DNA of 64,000 nt from the human T2T-CHM13v2.0 reference genome, Homo sapiens. The translations under genes were made by a program, and so were the position numbers. The notes below the pieces were generated by a model. That model saw only the letters and a list, made by a program, of their open reading frames with translations. It had not been told where the DNA came from and ran no database searches. Positions 36,245-52,283 of the stretch are shown one piece after another (within the stretch, counting starts at the first letter, position 1; each line of letters opens with the position of its first letter). Location: assembly GCF_009914755.1 (NCBI RefSeq), contig NC_060943.1; one strand, written 5' to 3'.

Positions 36245-39200
36245 TGTCAGGCCTCTGAGCCCAAGCTAAGCCATCATATCCCGTGACCTGCACGTACACA
36301 TCCAGATGGCCAGTTCCTTCCTTAACTGATGACATTCCACCACAAAAGAAGTGAAAATGGCCTGTTCCTGCCTTAACTGATGACACTGTCTTTTGAAATT
36401 CCTTCTCCTGGCTCATCCTGGCTCAAAAGCTCCCCCACTGAGTACGTTGTGACACCCACTCCTGCCCGCCAGAGAACAACCCCCCTTTTTCCTTTACCTA
36501 CCCAAATCCTATAAAATGGCCCAACCCCTATCTATCTCCCTTTACTCTCTTTTTGGACTCAGCCCACCTGCACCCAGGTGAAATAAAGTTTTATTGCTCA
36601 CACAAAGCCTGTTTGGTGGTCTCTTCACACGGACACGCATGAAATTTGGTGCCATGACTCAGATTGGGGGACCTCCCTTGGGAGATCAATCGCTGTCCTC
36701 CTGCTCTTTGCTCCATGACGAAGATCCACCTACGACCTCAGGTCCTCAGACTGACCAGCCCAAGAAACATCTCACCAATTTCAAATCCGGTAAGTGGCCT
36801 CTTTTTACTCTCTTCTCCAACCTCCCTCACTATCCCTCAACCTCTGTCTCCTTTCAATCTTGGCACCACACTTCAATCTCTCCTTTCTCTTAATTTCAAT
36901 TCCTTTCATTTTCTGGTAGAGACAAAGGAGACACGTTTTATCCGTGGACCCAAAACTCGGGCGCCGGTCACGGACTAGGGAAGGCAGCCTTCCCTTGGTG
37001 TTTAATCATTGCAGGGACGCCTCTCTGATTATTCACCCAGGTTTCAGAGGTGTCAGACCACACAGGGACGCCTGCCTTGGTCCTTCACCCTTAGCAGCAA
37101 GTTCCGCTTTTCTAGGGAAGGTGTAAGTACCCCAACACCTTCTCTCTGTGTCTCTACCCCTTCTTCGTCTTTCTGGGGGGCAAGAAACCCCAACCCCTTC
37201 TCCTTCACCCTTAGCAGCAAGTCCCACTTTTCTAGGGGAGGAGCAAGTACCCCAACCCCTTATATCTCTGCACCCCAATCCCTTATTTCCATGCCCCAAC
37301 CTCATATATCTCTGTGCCCCAACCTCTTATATCTCTGTGCCCCAATCCCTTATTTCCATGCCCTGACCTCATATCTCTGTGCCCCAACCGCTTTCCCACT
37401 TTTCTGGAGGTAAGAACCCCCAAACCCCTTCCCTCCGTGTCTCTACTCTCTTTTCTCTGGGCTTGCCTCCTTCACTATAGGCAATATTCCACCCTCCATT
37501 CCTCCTTCTCCCTTTCCTGTGTTCTTAAGAACTTAAAACCTCTTCAACTCTCACCTGACCTAAAATCTAAGCATCTTATTTTCTTCTGCAATGCCGCTGG
37601 ACCCCAATACAAACTCGACAGTAGTTCCAAATAGCCAGAAAACAGCACTTTCAATTTTTCCACCCTGCAAGATCTAAATAATTCTTGTCATAAAATAAGC
37701 AAACGGTCTGAGGTGCCTGACATCCAGGCATTCTTTTACACATCGGTCCCTGTGCCCAGTCTCTGTGCCCAGTGCAACTCATCCCAAATCTTCCTTCTTT
37801 CCCTCCTGCCTGTTCCCTCAGTCCCAACCCCAAGCATCGCTGAGTCTTTCTAATCTTCCTTTTCTACAGGCCCATCTGAACTCTTCCCCTCCTCCCCAGG
37901 CTGCTCCTTGCCAGGCCGAGCTAGGTCCCAATTCTTCCTCAGCCTCCGCTCCTCCACCCTGTAATCTTTTTATCACCTCACCTGCTCACACCCGGTCCGG
38001 CTTACAGTTTTGTTCCGTGACTAGCCCTCCCCCACCTGCCCAGCAATTTACTCTTAAAAAGGTGGCTGGAGCTAAAGGCATAGTCAAGGTTAATGCTCCT
38101 TTTTCTTTATTCCAAATCAGATAACGTTTAGGCTCTTTTTCATCAAATATAAAAATCCAGCCCAGTTCATGACTCGTTTGGCAGCAACCCTGAGACACTT
38201 TACAGCCCTAGACCCTAAAAGGTCAAAAGGCCGTCTTATTCTCAAAATACATTTTATTACCCAATCTGCTCCCGACATTAAATAAAACTCCAAAAATTAA
38301 ATTCCGGCCCTCAAACCCCACAACAGGATTTAATTAACCTCACCTTCAAGGTGTACAATAATAGAAAAAAGTTGCAATTCCTTGCCTCCACTGTGAGACA
38401 AACCCCAGCCACATCTCCAGCACACAGGAACTTCCAAACGCCTGAACCACAGTGGCCAGGCGTTCCTCCAGAACCTCCTCCCCCAGGAGCTTGCTACAAG
38501 TGCCAGAAATCTGGCCACTGGGCCAAGGAATGCCCGCAGCCCAGGATTCCTCCTAAGCCGTGTCCCATCTGTGTGGGACCCCACTGAAAATCGGACTGTT
38601 CAACTCACTTGGCAACCACTCCCAGAGCCCCTGGAACGCTGGCCCATGGCTCTCTGACTGACTCCTTCCCAGATCTTCTTGGCTTAGTGGCTGAAGACTG
38701 ACACTGCCCGATCGCCTCGGAAGCCTACAGGACCATCACAGATGCTCTAAGTAACTCTCACAGTGGAAAGTCAGTCTGTCCCCTTCTTAATCAATACAGA
38801 GGCTACCCACTCCACATTACCTTCTTTTCAAGGGCCTGTTTCTCTTGCCTCCATAACTGTTGTGGGTATTGACAGCCAGGCTTCTAAGCCTCTTAAAACT
38901 CCCCCACTCTGGTGCCAACTTGGACAACACTCTTTTATGCACTCTTTTTTAGTTATCCCCACCTGCCCAGTTCCCTTGTTAGGCTGAGATATTTTAACCA
39001 AATTATCTGCTTCCCTGACTATTCCTGGACTACAGCCGCATCTCACTGCTGCCCTTCTCCCCAACCCAAAGCTTCCTTCGCGTCCTCCTCTCGTATCCCC
39101 CCACCTTAACCCACAAGTATGGGACATCTCCACTCCTTCCCTGGCAACCGCTCACATGCCCGTTACCATCCCATTAAAACCTAATCACCCTTACCCCGCT

Positions 39201-41844
39201 CAACGCCAGTATCCCATCCCACAGCACGCTTTAAAAATATTAAAGCCTGTTATCACTCGCCTGTTACAGCATGGCCTTTTAAAGCCTATAAACTCTCCTT
39301 ACAACTCCCCCATTTTACCTGTCCTAAAACCAGATAAGACTTAATAGGTTAGTTCAGGATCTGCACCTTATCAACCAAATTGTTTTGCCTATCCACCGCG
39401 TGGTGCCAAACCCATATACTCTCCTATCCTCAGTACCTCCCTCTACAACCCATTATTCTGTTCTGGATCTCACACATGCTTTCTTCACTATTCCTTTGCA
39501 CCCTTCATCCCAGCCTCTCTTCGCTTTCACTTGGACTGACCCTGACACCCATTAGGCTCAGCAAATTACCTGGGCTGTACTGCCGCAAGGCTTCACAGAC
39601 AGCCCCCATTACTTCAGTCAAGCCCAAATTTCATCCTCATCTGTTACCTATCTCAGCATAATTCTCATAAAAACACATGTGCTCTCCCTGCTGATCGTGT
39701 CCAATTAATCTCCCAAACCTCAATCCCTTACAAAACAACAACTCCTTTCCTTCCTAGGCATAGTTAGTGTGGTCAGAATTCTTACACAAGAGCCAGAACG
39801 GCACCCTGTAGCCTTTCTGTCCAAACAACTTGACCTTACTGTTTTAGGCTGGCCATGATGTCTGCGTGCAGCAGCTGCTGCCGCCCTAATACTTTTAGAG
39901 GCCCTCAAAATCACAAACTATGCTCAACTTACTCTCTACATTTCTCATAACTTCCAAAATCTATTTTCTTCCTCATACCTGATGCATATACTTTCTGCTC
40001 CCTGGCTCCTTCAGCTGCACTCACTCTTTGTTAAGTCCCACAATTACCATTGTTCCTGGCCCGGACTTCAATCCGGCCTCCCACATTATTCTGGATACCA
40101 CACCTGACCCTCATGACTGTATCTCTCTGATCCATCTGACATTCACACCATTTCCCCATATTTCCTTCTTTCCTGTTCTTCACCTGATCACGCTTGATTT
40201 ATTGATGGTAGTTCCACCAGGCCTAATCGCCACACACCAGCAAAGGCAGGCTATGCTATAGTACAAGCTACTAGCCCACCTCTTAGAATCTCTCATTTCC
40301 TTTCCATCGTGGAAATCTATCCTCAAGGAAATAACTTCTCAGTGTTCCATCTGCTATTCTACTACTCCTCAGGGATTATTCAGGCCCCCTCCCTTCCCTA
40401 CACATCAAGCTCGAGGATTTGCCCCCACCCAGGACTGGCAAATTAGCTTTACTCAACGTGCCCTGAGTCAGGAACTAAAATATCTCTTAGTCTAGGTAGA
40501 TACTTTCACTGGATAGGTAGAGGCCTTTCCTACAGGGTCTGAGAAGGCCACTGCAGTCATTTCTTCCCTTCTGTCAGACATAATTCCTCAGTTTGGCCTT
40601 CCCACCTCTATACAGTCTGATAGCAGACCAGACTTTATTAGTCAAATCAGCCAAGCAGTTTTTCAGGCTTAGTATTCAGTGAACCCTTATGGTCCTCCAT
40701 CTTCAAGAAAAGTAGAACGGACTAAAAGTCTTTTAAAAACACACCTCACCAAGCTCAGCCACCAACTTAAAAAGGACTGGACAATACTTTTACCACTTTC
40801 GCTTCTCAGAATTCAGGCCTGTCCTCAGAATGCTACAAGGTACAGCCCATTTGAGCTCCTTTTTATTAGGCCCCAGTCTCATTCCAGACACCAGACCAAC
40901 TTGGACTGTGCCCCAAAAAACTTGTCATCCCTACTATCTTCTGTCTAGTCATACTCCTATTCACCCTTGTCAACTACTCATAAATGCCCTGCTCTTCTTT
41001 ACACTGCCGGTTTACACTGTTTCTCCAAGCCAGCACAGCTGATATCTCCTAGTGCTGTCCACAAACCGCCACTCTTAACTCTTAAAGTAAATAAATAATC
41101 TTTACTGGCAAAGCATGCTGAACCTCCTTAGGCACTCTCTAGTATTAGATGTCGTAGTTCCTCCCAATTCTTAGTCCTTTAATACCTGTTTTTCTCCTTC
41201 TCTTATTCCGTTTAGTTTTTCTATTCATACAAAACTGTATCCAGGCCATCACCAATAATTCTAAATGATAAATGTTTCTTCCAACAGCCCCACAATATCA
41301 CCCCTTACCACAAAATCTTCCTTCAGCTTAGTCTCTCCCACTCTAGGTTCCCACGCCACCCCTAATCCCGCTCGAAGCAGCCCAGAGAAACATCGTCCAT
41401 TCTCTCTCCATACCACCCCCAAAAATTTTCACCGTCCCAACACTTTACCACTATTTCGTTTTATTTTTCTTATTAATATAAGAAGACAGGAATATCAGGC
41501 CTCTGAGCCCAAGCTAAGCCATCATATCCCCTGTGACCTGCACATACACATCCAGATGGCCTGTTCCTGCCTTAACTGATGACATCGTCTTGTGAAATTC
41601 CTTCTCCTGGCTCATCCTGGCTCAAAAGCTCCCCTACTGGGCACCTTGTGGCCCCCACCCCTGCCCACCAGAGAACAACCCCCCTTTTTCCTTTACCTAC
41701 CCAAATCCTATAAAACGGCCCCACCCCATCTCCCTTCGCTGACTCTCTTTTCAGACTCAGCCCACCTGCACCCAGGTGAAATAAACAGCTTTATTGCTCA
41801 CACAAAGCCTGTTTGGTAGTCTCTTCACACGGACGTGCATGAAA
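36245..41844 (+). mobile_element. HERV-H provirus 2 (LTR7B/LTR7Y-type LTRs 36245-36644 and 41493-41844), common internally deleted form
   Basis: Perfect TSD AATAT at 36240-36244 and 41845-41849; His-type PBS tggtgccatgactcagat at 36647-36664; gag knuckle CYKCQKSGHWAKEC; pol and integrase remnants; little env. Confidence 0.96.
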
Positions 41845-43505
41845 AATATAATTTCTTTTAATTTACTGCCGTTTTTTCCTAAAGTCTCATAATGATGCAA
41901 AAATACACGTGTACGAGACTTGCTCTGATACCTGGCACAGAACTGACAGTAGCGGCTCCCCAGTGAGGCTGGAAGGAGGGTGGAGGATGTGACAGGGAAA
42001 GGAGACGCTTTATGGCCAAGGGCCTAAGATGCAGCTTTGCTTAGAGTTTTACCACAAAACAAATATATTCATTGGTCAGGTGTGGTGTCTCATGCCTGTA
42101 ATCCCAGCACTTCGGGAGGCCCAAGGCAGGCGGATCACCTGAGGTCGGGAGTTTGAGACCAGCCTGGCCAACATGGAGAAACCTCATTTCTTCTAAAAAT
42201 ACAAAATTAGCCGGGCATGGTGACGCATGCCTGGAGTACCAGCTACTCAGGAGGCTGAGGAAGGCGAATCACTTGAACCCAAAAGGTGGAGGTTGCGGTG
42301 AGCAAAGATCACGCCATTGCACTCCAGACTGGGCAACAAGAGTGAAACTCTCTCAAAATAAATAAATAAATAACAAATATATACATCATGTGATGTTCAA
42401 ATATAAAAATATATATTCATTATTAATTGGTGGGGCTGGGCACCGTGGCTCGTGCCTGTAATCACAGCACTATAGGAGGCTGAGGCAGAAGGATCACCTG
42501 AGGTCAGGACTTCGAGACCAGCCTGGCCAACATGATGAAACCCTGTGTCTACTAAAAATACAAAAAGATTAGCCGGGTGTGGTGGCATGTACCTGTAATC
42601 TCAGCTACTCAGGAGGCTGAGGTAGGAGAATCACTTGAACTCAGAAGGCAGAGGTTGCAGTAAGCCAAGATCAGGCCGTTGCACTCCAGCCTGGGTGACA
42701 GAGCAAGACTCCATCTCAAAGCAACAACAATAATAATAATAATAATAGGTGGAATGAGAATATGGCTCCATCTTCTAGGATACAAAAGTGCTTCTCCCAT
42801 AGTTGAGAAAAATAGTAACTATTTTTACCAAAAACACCTGTTTCAGAAGCCTCTTAACACCACAATCTCCACGAGCTTAATGTGCTAAGAATGGTTTAAA
42901 GAATCTCCTGCTATTATTCAGGTTGATTTCCTATTCTTAAAATAATGATGGAATAAAACACCTTGTATCATTCATGTCTGTGTATGAACTTTCCATTCTA
43001 ATTAGTAAGATTTTTGGAGTCAGAAACAAAGTAACTCACTAAATTACCTAAAAATATAGTATAAAATCAGGGAGAAAAGATTTCCCCTTATTTGTCTCCT
43101 TTTCTAGAATTTACCACATACTTCGTGGACATGAATACGTGACTTCCATTGGCAGCTGCTCTAATCCTGCTCCACAGAGAGTTGACAGAGCATCCAGATG
43201 TGGCCCCTGAACAATCCCTGCTGCCCAACAGCACTGACACCACGGGACCCTCACCCCGTCTCCATCCATGTCTGGGTGTGAGCCCTTACCAGGACCATGC
43301 CCAGTGCAGCCTCTTCCCAAGTTCATGTGATTGGGTCACAAGAGATGGAATCTAAGTGAGATGAGAGGGACTGAGGGAAGGCATGGGTGAGTGTGAGCAA
43401 ACCTGTCAGGCAGGACACTTGAGACCCAGAGAAGATTCCCAACTCCAAGGCCCAGGGTTTCTGAAAGGAAAGAGACAGAACAATCCACCGAGAATATCAT
43501 CTCAC

Positions 43506-43593
43506 CTGAGGAAGAACCATTCCTGACGCCTTTGCTTTCCTCTTCCCCTTCCGGGTTTCTTCCTCATGTACCAAGAGTCCTTAGAAGTCAATC
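43506..43593 (-). CDS. ZNF83: ZNF83 exon carrying the ancestral start ATG GTT CTT CCT CAG (MVLPQ; ATG 43520-43518)
   Basis: cattcag|...GGA ATG GTT CTT CCT CAG|gtgag; homologous to the MALPQ exon of this subfamily; phase 0 matches the KRAB-A exon. Confidence 0.75.
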
Positions 43594-44094
43594 CTGAATG
43601 TTAAAAATGTGTTGTTTATTGCTCAGAATCAATACACCCCATTCCTGTAACATAACAACACATACAAAGGAGACCTCACCCTGAGGAAATATGGTCCCCT
43701 CTGCTGCCCACTGCACCAGAGACGATAAACTCCTACAGGAAAACTCCCGCACCCTTCTGGAGAAGCCCACACCACACCCTTCTGGAGGAGTCCACACACG
43801 CTGCAGCAGTGGGGAGCTGGGCTGGAATGAGCTCCTCTTCAGGGCGCAGACCCAGCCCTGACCAAACCCCATGCAGAAACTGGGTGCAGTGGCTCATGCC
43901 TGTCATCCCAGCACTCTGGGAGGCTGAGGCAGGTGGATCGCTTAATCTCAGGGGTTTGAGATCAGCCTGGGCAACATGGTGAAACCCCATCTTTGCCAAA
44001 AATACAAAAACATAGCCAGGCATGAAGGTACACGTCTGTGTGTCTATGTTCCCAGCTACTTAGGAAGCTGAGGAGACAGAATCGCTTAAGCTCA

Positions 44095-44430
<336 letters not shown>

Positions 44431-45052
44431 TCAAAAAAAAAAAAAAAACTATGTAGACCACGTGCGGTGGCTCTTTCCTGTAATCTCAGTACTCTGGGCG
44501 GCCAAGGCAGGAGGATACTTTGAGCCCAGGATTTTGAGACTAGCCTGGGAAACACAGTGAAACCTCGTTTCTACAAAAAAAAAAAAAAGAAAGAAAAAGA
44601 AAACTAGCCGGGCTTCTTGGTGGCTCATCACTGTGGTCCCAGCTACTTAGGAAGCTGACGTAGGAGGATTACTTGAGCCCAGGAGGACCAGGCTGCAGTT
44701 AAAGATCATGCCACTGCATTCCAGCCTAGGCAATTGGCCAGACCCTGTCTCTTAATGTTAGTTAATTAATTAAGTTAAAAATTATGTGTTAACAGAAAGG
44801 GATTTTTTTCTCACTTCACTGCCCCACTCCCTACCCCACTCTGGGAAAAGGGAACGGAGTGACTCACAAGTGAATAAGTCACTCCACTGTAGCTGAATAG
44901 GGATTCCAAGTGGAAGCTAACCTCTGAGGCCAACATTCATAGAATGTACATGTCTTATAGATAGGATTCTTAAAATTCTCAATCTCATCTGTATAATTTA
45001 AGCAGTTTTAAGTTACTAGATTATATACAAAGAAGTCAAATGTCACAACTAA

Positions 45053-45280
<228 letters not shown>

Positions 45281-46747
45281 TAGAGATGGGGGTCTCACTA
45301 TGTTGCCCAAGCTAGACTCGAACTCCTGTACTCAAGCAATCTTCTTGCCTCAGTCTCCTAAAGTGCTGGGATTACAGGCGTAAACCACTGCGCCCAGCCC
45401 ATCTTTCTTCATTACTGTGCTTCCCTCCCTAATTCTGTACATATCTCTCATTCTCCCCTTCTCTCTCTAGCTCTTGTTTTCTTTTCTTTTTACCTGGGAT
45501 TCTGCTCTTCATTTTGTACCCCTCTCCTCTCCTGCTGTTTATCCCCTTCTTCCCTCTATTACTTCTCTTCCACCTCTTCTGCTCCATCCTCGCAACTTAC
45601 CTAACTTCTTGCTGTTCCTTCTCCCCAATCGTTCTATTGTCCTCAATCTTGATATATTTCCGCCTCTTCTCCCATCTCTGTGCATCCTCTGCTCTCCCTG
45701 TTAAATTCCGTCTTCCCTGTTATACCCCCTGTCCCCAATATGTGGAACCACAGATCCCCAGGTGTCCTCCCTGCTGTGGTTCTCCCTCTGTTCTCCTTGC
45801 CACCAGCACCACTCTGCTCTGTCTGCCCTGGCTCCAAATCCCTCCTCCTCTCCCTCACTCTGATGAGATTCCCTCTTTGCTGCCCCTCTCCCTACCTTGC
45901 TGTCCTTCATCTCTCTGTACATCTAGGTTTCTCTACGTTTCTCCAGTTACTTTTCTCCTCCTGCTTTCTTTTTTTTTCTTTTCACTTTTGCTGTCTCTTG
46001 ACAAATCCATCACCCACCCTCTACTTTGCCCTCTGTTATGGGTCTTTCTCATTCTTTTCTCTGTCTCAGCTTTTCTACTGCTCTGTCTCCCAATGCCTTT
46101 GGCCGACACAATCACAGGAGGGTTTGGATAAGACGCCTGCATCCCGGAGGAGCTCGTTTTCCGGGGGCTGGAGCTGGGCAGGCAAGAACACCCCGTGTCA
46201 CAGGACAGGCCCCGGGTACCTCCCCAACGCGGGTTCAGGGGAAGAGGTGACTGTGGAGGAGAGACCTGTGGAGCAGCAGGGCCCGCCACGAGGAGGGAGG
46301 TGGGGGGGAGACGGCGCCTTAAGACAAGGTTGGGGTCTGCAGGATTCCAGGACCAGGCAAAGTACGCGGCCTCCCTGGGACTGGGGCCCTGGCGCTGCAC
46401 TCCAGTGGCCTACGAAGGCGAGGGTGGGAGGCGCCCAGGGCGGGAATCCAGCTCTCGGGTGAGGACTTTAAAAAGCGAGGGGCGGGAGGAGTCAGAAAAC
46501 AGTTTTGAGCAGGAAAACTACGCGACAGGAAGTGTATACATCGCCCTACAGCAGAAAGACCGGGGACAGCCCAGCCTCAGGGCGACTTTAAACCCAAAAG
46601 GAAGCGATATCCGGACTCTCATGGGGACGTCTCAATTTGTCCTGGGTGAAGGAAGAAGGGAGAGAATTTCCAGGTCTGTGGGGACCCCACGTCTCAGGTA
46701 CAGCAGCGCCGGGGACCTGGTAAGCGCAGACTTAATAGAAGAGCGAA

Positions 46748-46960
46748 ACTCACCGCCACGGTGTAACTTTCACTCCACATAATCCGCTTCCGGGTTTGCG
46801 CGCATGTGCGCGCGCAGTACAGAAGCCAGGTCTGGGCGGGGCCCGCGAGGTGGGCGGGGCCTGGATGAGGTAGGGGCGGGGTGGGAAGCCGAGAGACTTT
46901 CCCCTTTAGAACCAGCAGTGGGCGGGGCCAGGGCGGGACCTGTGAGTCTCTCAGCATCGT
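46748..46960 (-). promoter_or_regulatory. ZNF83: ZNF83 CpG promoter and non-coding exon 1 (donor GTGAGT 46753-46748), with NRF1-like, ETS and GC-box motifs
   Basis: TGCGCGCATGTGCGCGCGCA at 46797-46816; CCGGAAG on the - strand at ~46786-46792; multiple GGGCGGGG. Confidence 0.85.
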
Positions 46961-47762
46961 TCCCAGCGCAGAGGCATTTTTCGGGTTTTGGAGGCGAGAC
47001 CGGCCAGGAAGGCTGAGGCATGATTCAAAAGCCCTGGAATTATCTGGAACGGGGATGCAAACTAGAATGTGAAATGCAAAGCCCTGCCTGGGCGGAAGGT
47101 ACAATTTCATGCTGATAGCCCACAGAACCGAATAGAAATCCTCTCCCTTTCTATTCTCCATTCACTTGGGAGAGAGTCCACGCTGTGCTCAGCTTTAGAG
47201 ACTCAGGCCACTGCCTGAGATGCAGGATGGAGTGCTCAGGCCAAGGATGGGTGAGGTCACCACCTGCGGCTTAAACACAGCTGGGATATGGGCGCGGGAG
47301 TGGGAGCCTGAGGTCCCAGCTATTCAGGAAGCAGCGGCGGGAGGATCGCCGAGCCTGGGAGTTCAGGCCAGCCTGGGCGACAAAGTAACACCCCCTCCCG
47401 CAGGGCTCCCTTCCTCGTCTCTCTCTCTCTTTTCTTTTTTATAATAAAATTTTTGATGATGTTACATAGGGATCCAACATTATTCTTTTCCACGTGGATA
47501 TCCAGTTAGTTGTCCCAGCGTATTTGTGTAAGAGATCTATCAGTTTCTTTTTTTGTTTCTTGAGATGGAGTTTTGCTCTAGTTGACCAGGCTGGAGTGCA
47601 ATGGCGCGATCTCTGTCTCCCAGGTTCAATCGATTCTCATGCCTCTATCTCCCAAGTAGCTGGGATCACAGGGATGTGCCACCATGCCCTGCTAATTTTG
47701 TATTTTTAGTAGAGATGGGATTTCTCCATGTTGGTCAGGTTGGTCTCAAATTTCCGACCTCA

Positions 47763-47981
<219 letters not shown>

Positions 47982-50163
47982 TCAGCCTCCGGAGTAGTTG
48001 ACATTACAGACGCGCACAACCATGCCCGGCTAATTTTTGTATTTTCGATACAAACGAGGTTTCACTATATTGGCTAGGCTGGTCTCGAACTTCTGACTTC
48101 AAGTGATCTGACTGCCTCAGCCTCTGAAAGTGCTGGGATTATAGTCATAAGCCACACTTCCTGGCCCAAAAAATATTCATTTCTTTACTCTTTAAATTTT
48201 GAGAAAATATAATGGAAAACAAAAAAAATCTTCCCCCCAATGAGAAATCATCTTCACGATGATAATAGTGAAAGAAATAAAAACCACATTATTAATAAGT
48301 AAGCCTTAAACCAGAATGTGATGGGAAATTGAGGCAAACAGCTAAGAGGTTGAAAAGAGACAAGGAAACTTCACTGTTCTATACAACCCATTGAGTACAT
48401 GTTTTCAAGATAAACACTAATCAGTCCTCAGGGAAGAGGACTTGACAACACTCTTGGTCACACATAGTTCATCCTGGCTCTATTTGGTAATGGAGGTGAC
48501 CATCTGTGTCAGCTAATTAGCTTCATCCAGAGGGAGGGGGAAAACCCTAACCCATGTCTTTTTGACGAGTGTGAGTTTTACAACATAGCGACGCGTGCCC
48601 TCTCTGGTCAGGCGCCTACAATCCGACAGAAACTGACGTCAGCAGTAAATAATAAAATTTAGAATGTAAGATTAAGTACTGAGTTTATGTGAACACAAAG
48701 CTTGAAGAAAGCCACCTGGAAACACCAACTCCAAATAAATGAGATCGGCGTTCCAAAGTAGAGACGTTAAGGTTTCACACACAGGGAAAGACAGAGAATC
48801 TTTAGCAGAATTATGACAGCTTTCATTCAAGCCCAGTGCATAGGTTGCAGCAACTTGATTGGTTATGGATTGATACAATTCGAGGAAGGTCACTTTATCA
48901 CTCCATAAGAAGTAACAATGATCCCATGAGGTCTTATCTCTGGGGCTGCTTAGTCTTCCTAATTATTAACAGGAAAACTCTTTTTTGTTTTTCTTTGAGA
49001 GGCAGTATTGCTCTGTCGCCCAGTGGTGCAATCTCAGCTCACTGCAACCTCCACCTCCTGGGTTCAAGCAGTTCTACTGACTCTAATTGTCAGTCCTCTC
49101 TGCAACCAGCGCCCCAGTCCACCCCTTTACTGAGGTCCCTGCCCTCCCCACTGCGCTGCCCCAGACTGAGGGGGGAGCTCGCCCCGACTGCAGGACTCTG
49201 CCTGCTCAAACAAGGCGCTTTGCATTAAAACCATTTTCAACTTAAGAGGAAAAACGATTCAGTGTTCAGTACAGGTGGCCTACTACAACATGTTGTTTTA
49301 TCTTCGATTGTCTGAAACACTAACTTGAAATGGGCAGGAAACATCCCTGTGATATTAGGGGTAATATCACGGCACATCAGAACCAATCCACCAATCAGAA
49401 CTCGGAGGATTTAGTCCAGGCGGGCAAGAGGATGACAGCAGGCGACATCTGGGGCCCAGCTGAGGAGAGAGCCCGAACCGGACCCTTGCCGGCCCCCACC
49501 CTTCAGAACAACACCCCCTCCAGACCCCGCCCCCAAGATGACGATAACCCTTTGGTTCTGCCCTTTCCCGTTGTATGGCCTGGCCCCCAGGCGGCCTCCT
49601 CCCTCTTGCCCCGCCCCAGTCTTGTTCCAGGCACCGCCCCCACGCTCTAGCTCTCCTAGGTTCCTGCTTAAGTTTATACACTCATGGTCCACAGAGTCCT
49701 AAGCAGAAATATGGAAGACACCAAGCTCTGGTAATGTATCTATCTGACAGACTGAGCGTCTGCCTCAAGAACATAGCAATAGCAATACTAAGTGAAATAT
49801 TAGGAAGTTTCACGTATGTATATAATTGATCATTTATTATTTGCAGCTTTAAATTGGCTAAAATTACATAGCATGGGTTTTTATTTTAATCAAATATTAG
49901 AAATATATCATTCATAAATGGAATCTAAGCACACAAAGTTGAAGAGCATTTCCCTATGTTGAATAAATATGAAGGAGTTCAGATTTTGGAACTGATTTCG
50001 TGCTTTCCATTACACCTAGTTCTTTTCTTTTCTTTTACTGTTTTTTGAGATGGAGTTTCTCTCTTGTTGCCCAGGCTGGAGTGCAATGGCGGCATCTCGA
50101 TCATTTTGGAACTGATTTTGTGCTAGTTTTTTTCCTATTCTTTTTTTTCTGTGTTCATGAGCT

Positions 50164-51091
<928 letters not shown>

Positions 51092-51383
51092 CAGCTTGTG
51101 ACAGACATAAGGCTTTGACACACTGATATTTCTTTATATACATTTTCCATAACAGTAAAGTCCAAGGGTCTATCATGAACTGGGTTAGTGGTGCATGTCT
51201 GTGTGTCTGTGGTCCCAGCTACTTAGGAAGATGAGGTGGGAGGATTACTTGAGCTCAGGGGTTCAAGACCAACCTGGTCAACATGGTGAAACCCTGTCTC
51301 TACTAAAAATACAAAAATTGGGCCGGGCACCATGGCTCATGCCTATAATACTAGCACTCTGGAAGGCTGAGATGGGCAGATTA

Positions 51384-51614
<231 letters not shown>

Positions 51615-51958
51615 TCAAAAATACAATAAACTAAAAATAAAAATACAAAAATTAGCCAGCTTTGTAGCACAAACCTGTAATCCTAGCTACTTGGGAGGCT
51701 GGGGCACAAAAATCGCTTGAACCCAGGAGACAGAGGTTGCAGTGAGTCAAGAAACAGAGACTGCACTCACAGGCTGGACCACAGAGTCAGACTCTGTCTC
51801 AAATAGAAAAAAAAAAAAAGGCATTAACGATGTGAGTGATGCAGAGATAAAAATCCTGAGCAACTGTCGGGCATGGTGGCTCACTCCTGTAATCCTAGCA
51901 CGTTGGGAGGCTGAGGTGGGTGGATCAAGAGGTCAGGAGATTGAGGCCATCCTGGTCA

Positions 51959-52283
<325 letters not shown>

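Noticed and set aside
37060-37440. C-rich tandem repeats in provirus 2
   Set aside because: Typical feature of the HERV-H leader
29133-41844. Tandem duplication of one provirus, or a coding-competent HERV-H
   Set aside because: Different LTR types, PBS regions, deletions and target sites; gag, pol and env all carry stops or frameshifts
45514-46782. ORFs of 195-260 aa near the ZNF83 promoter
   Set aside because: CT-rich low-complexity and CpG-island sequence; ORF boundaries are not conserved in the paralogous copies
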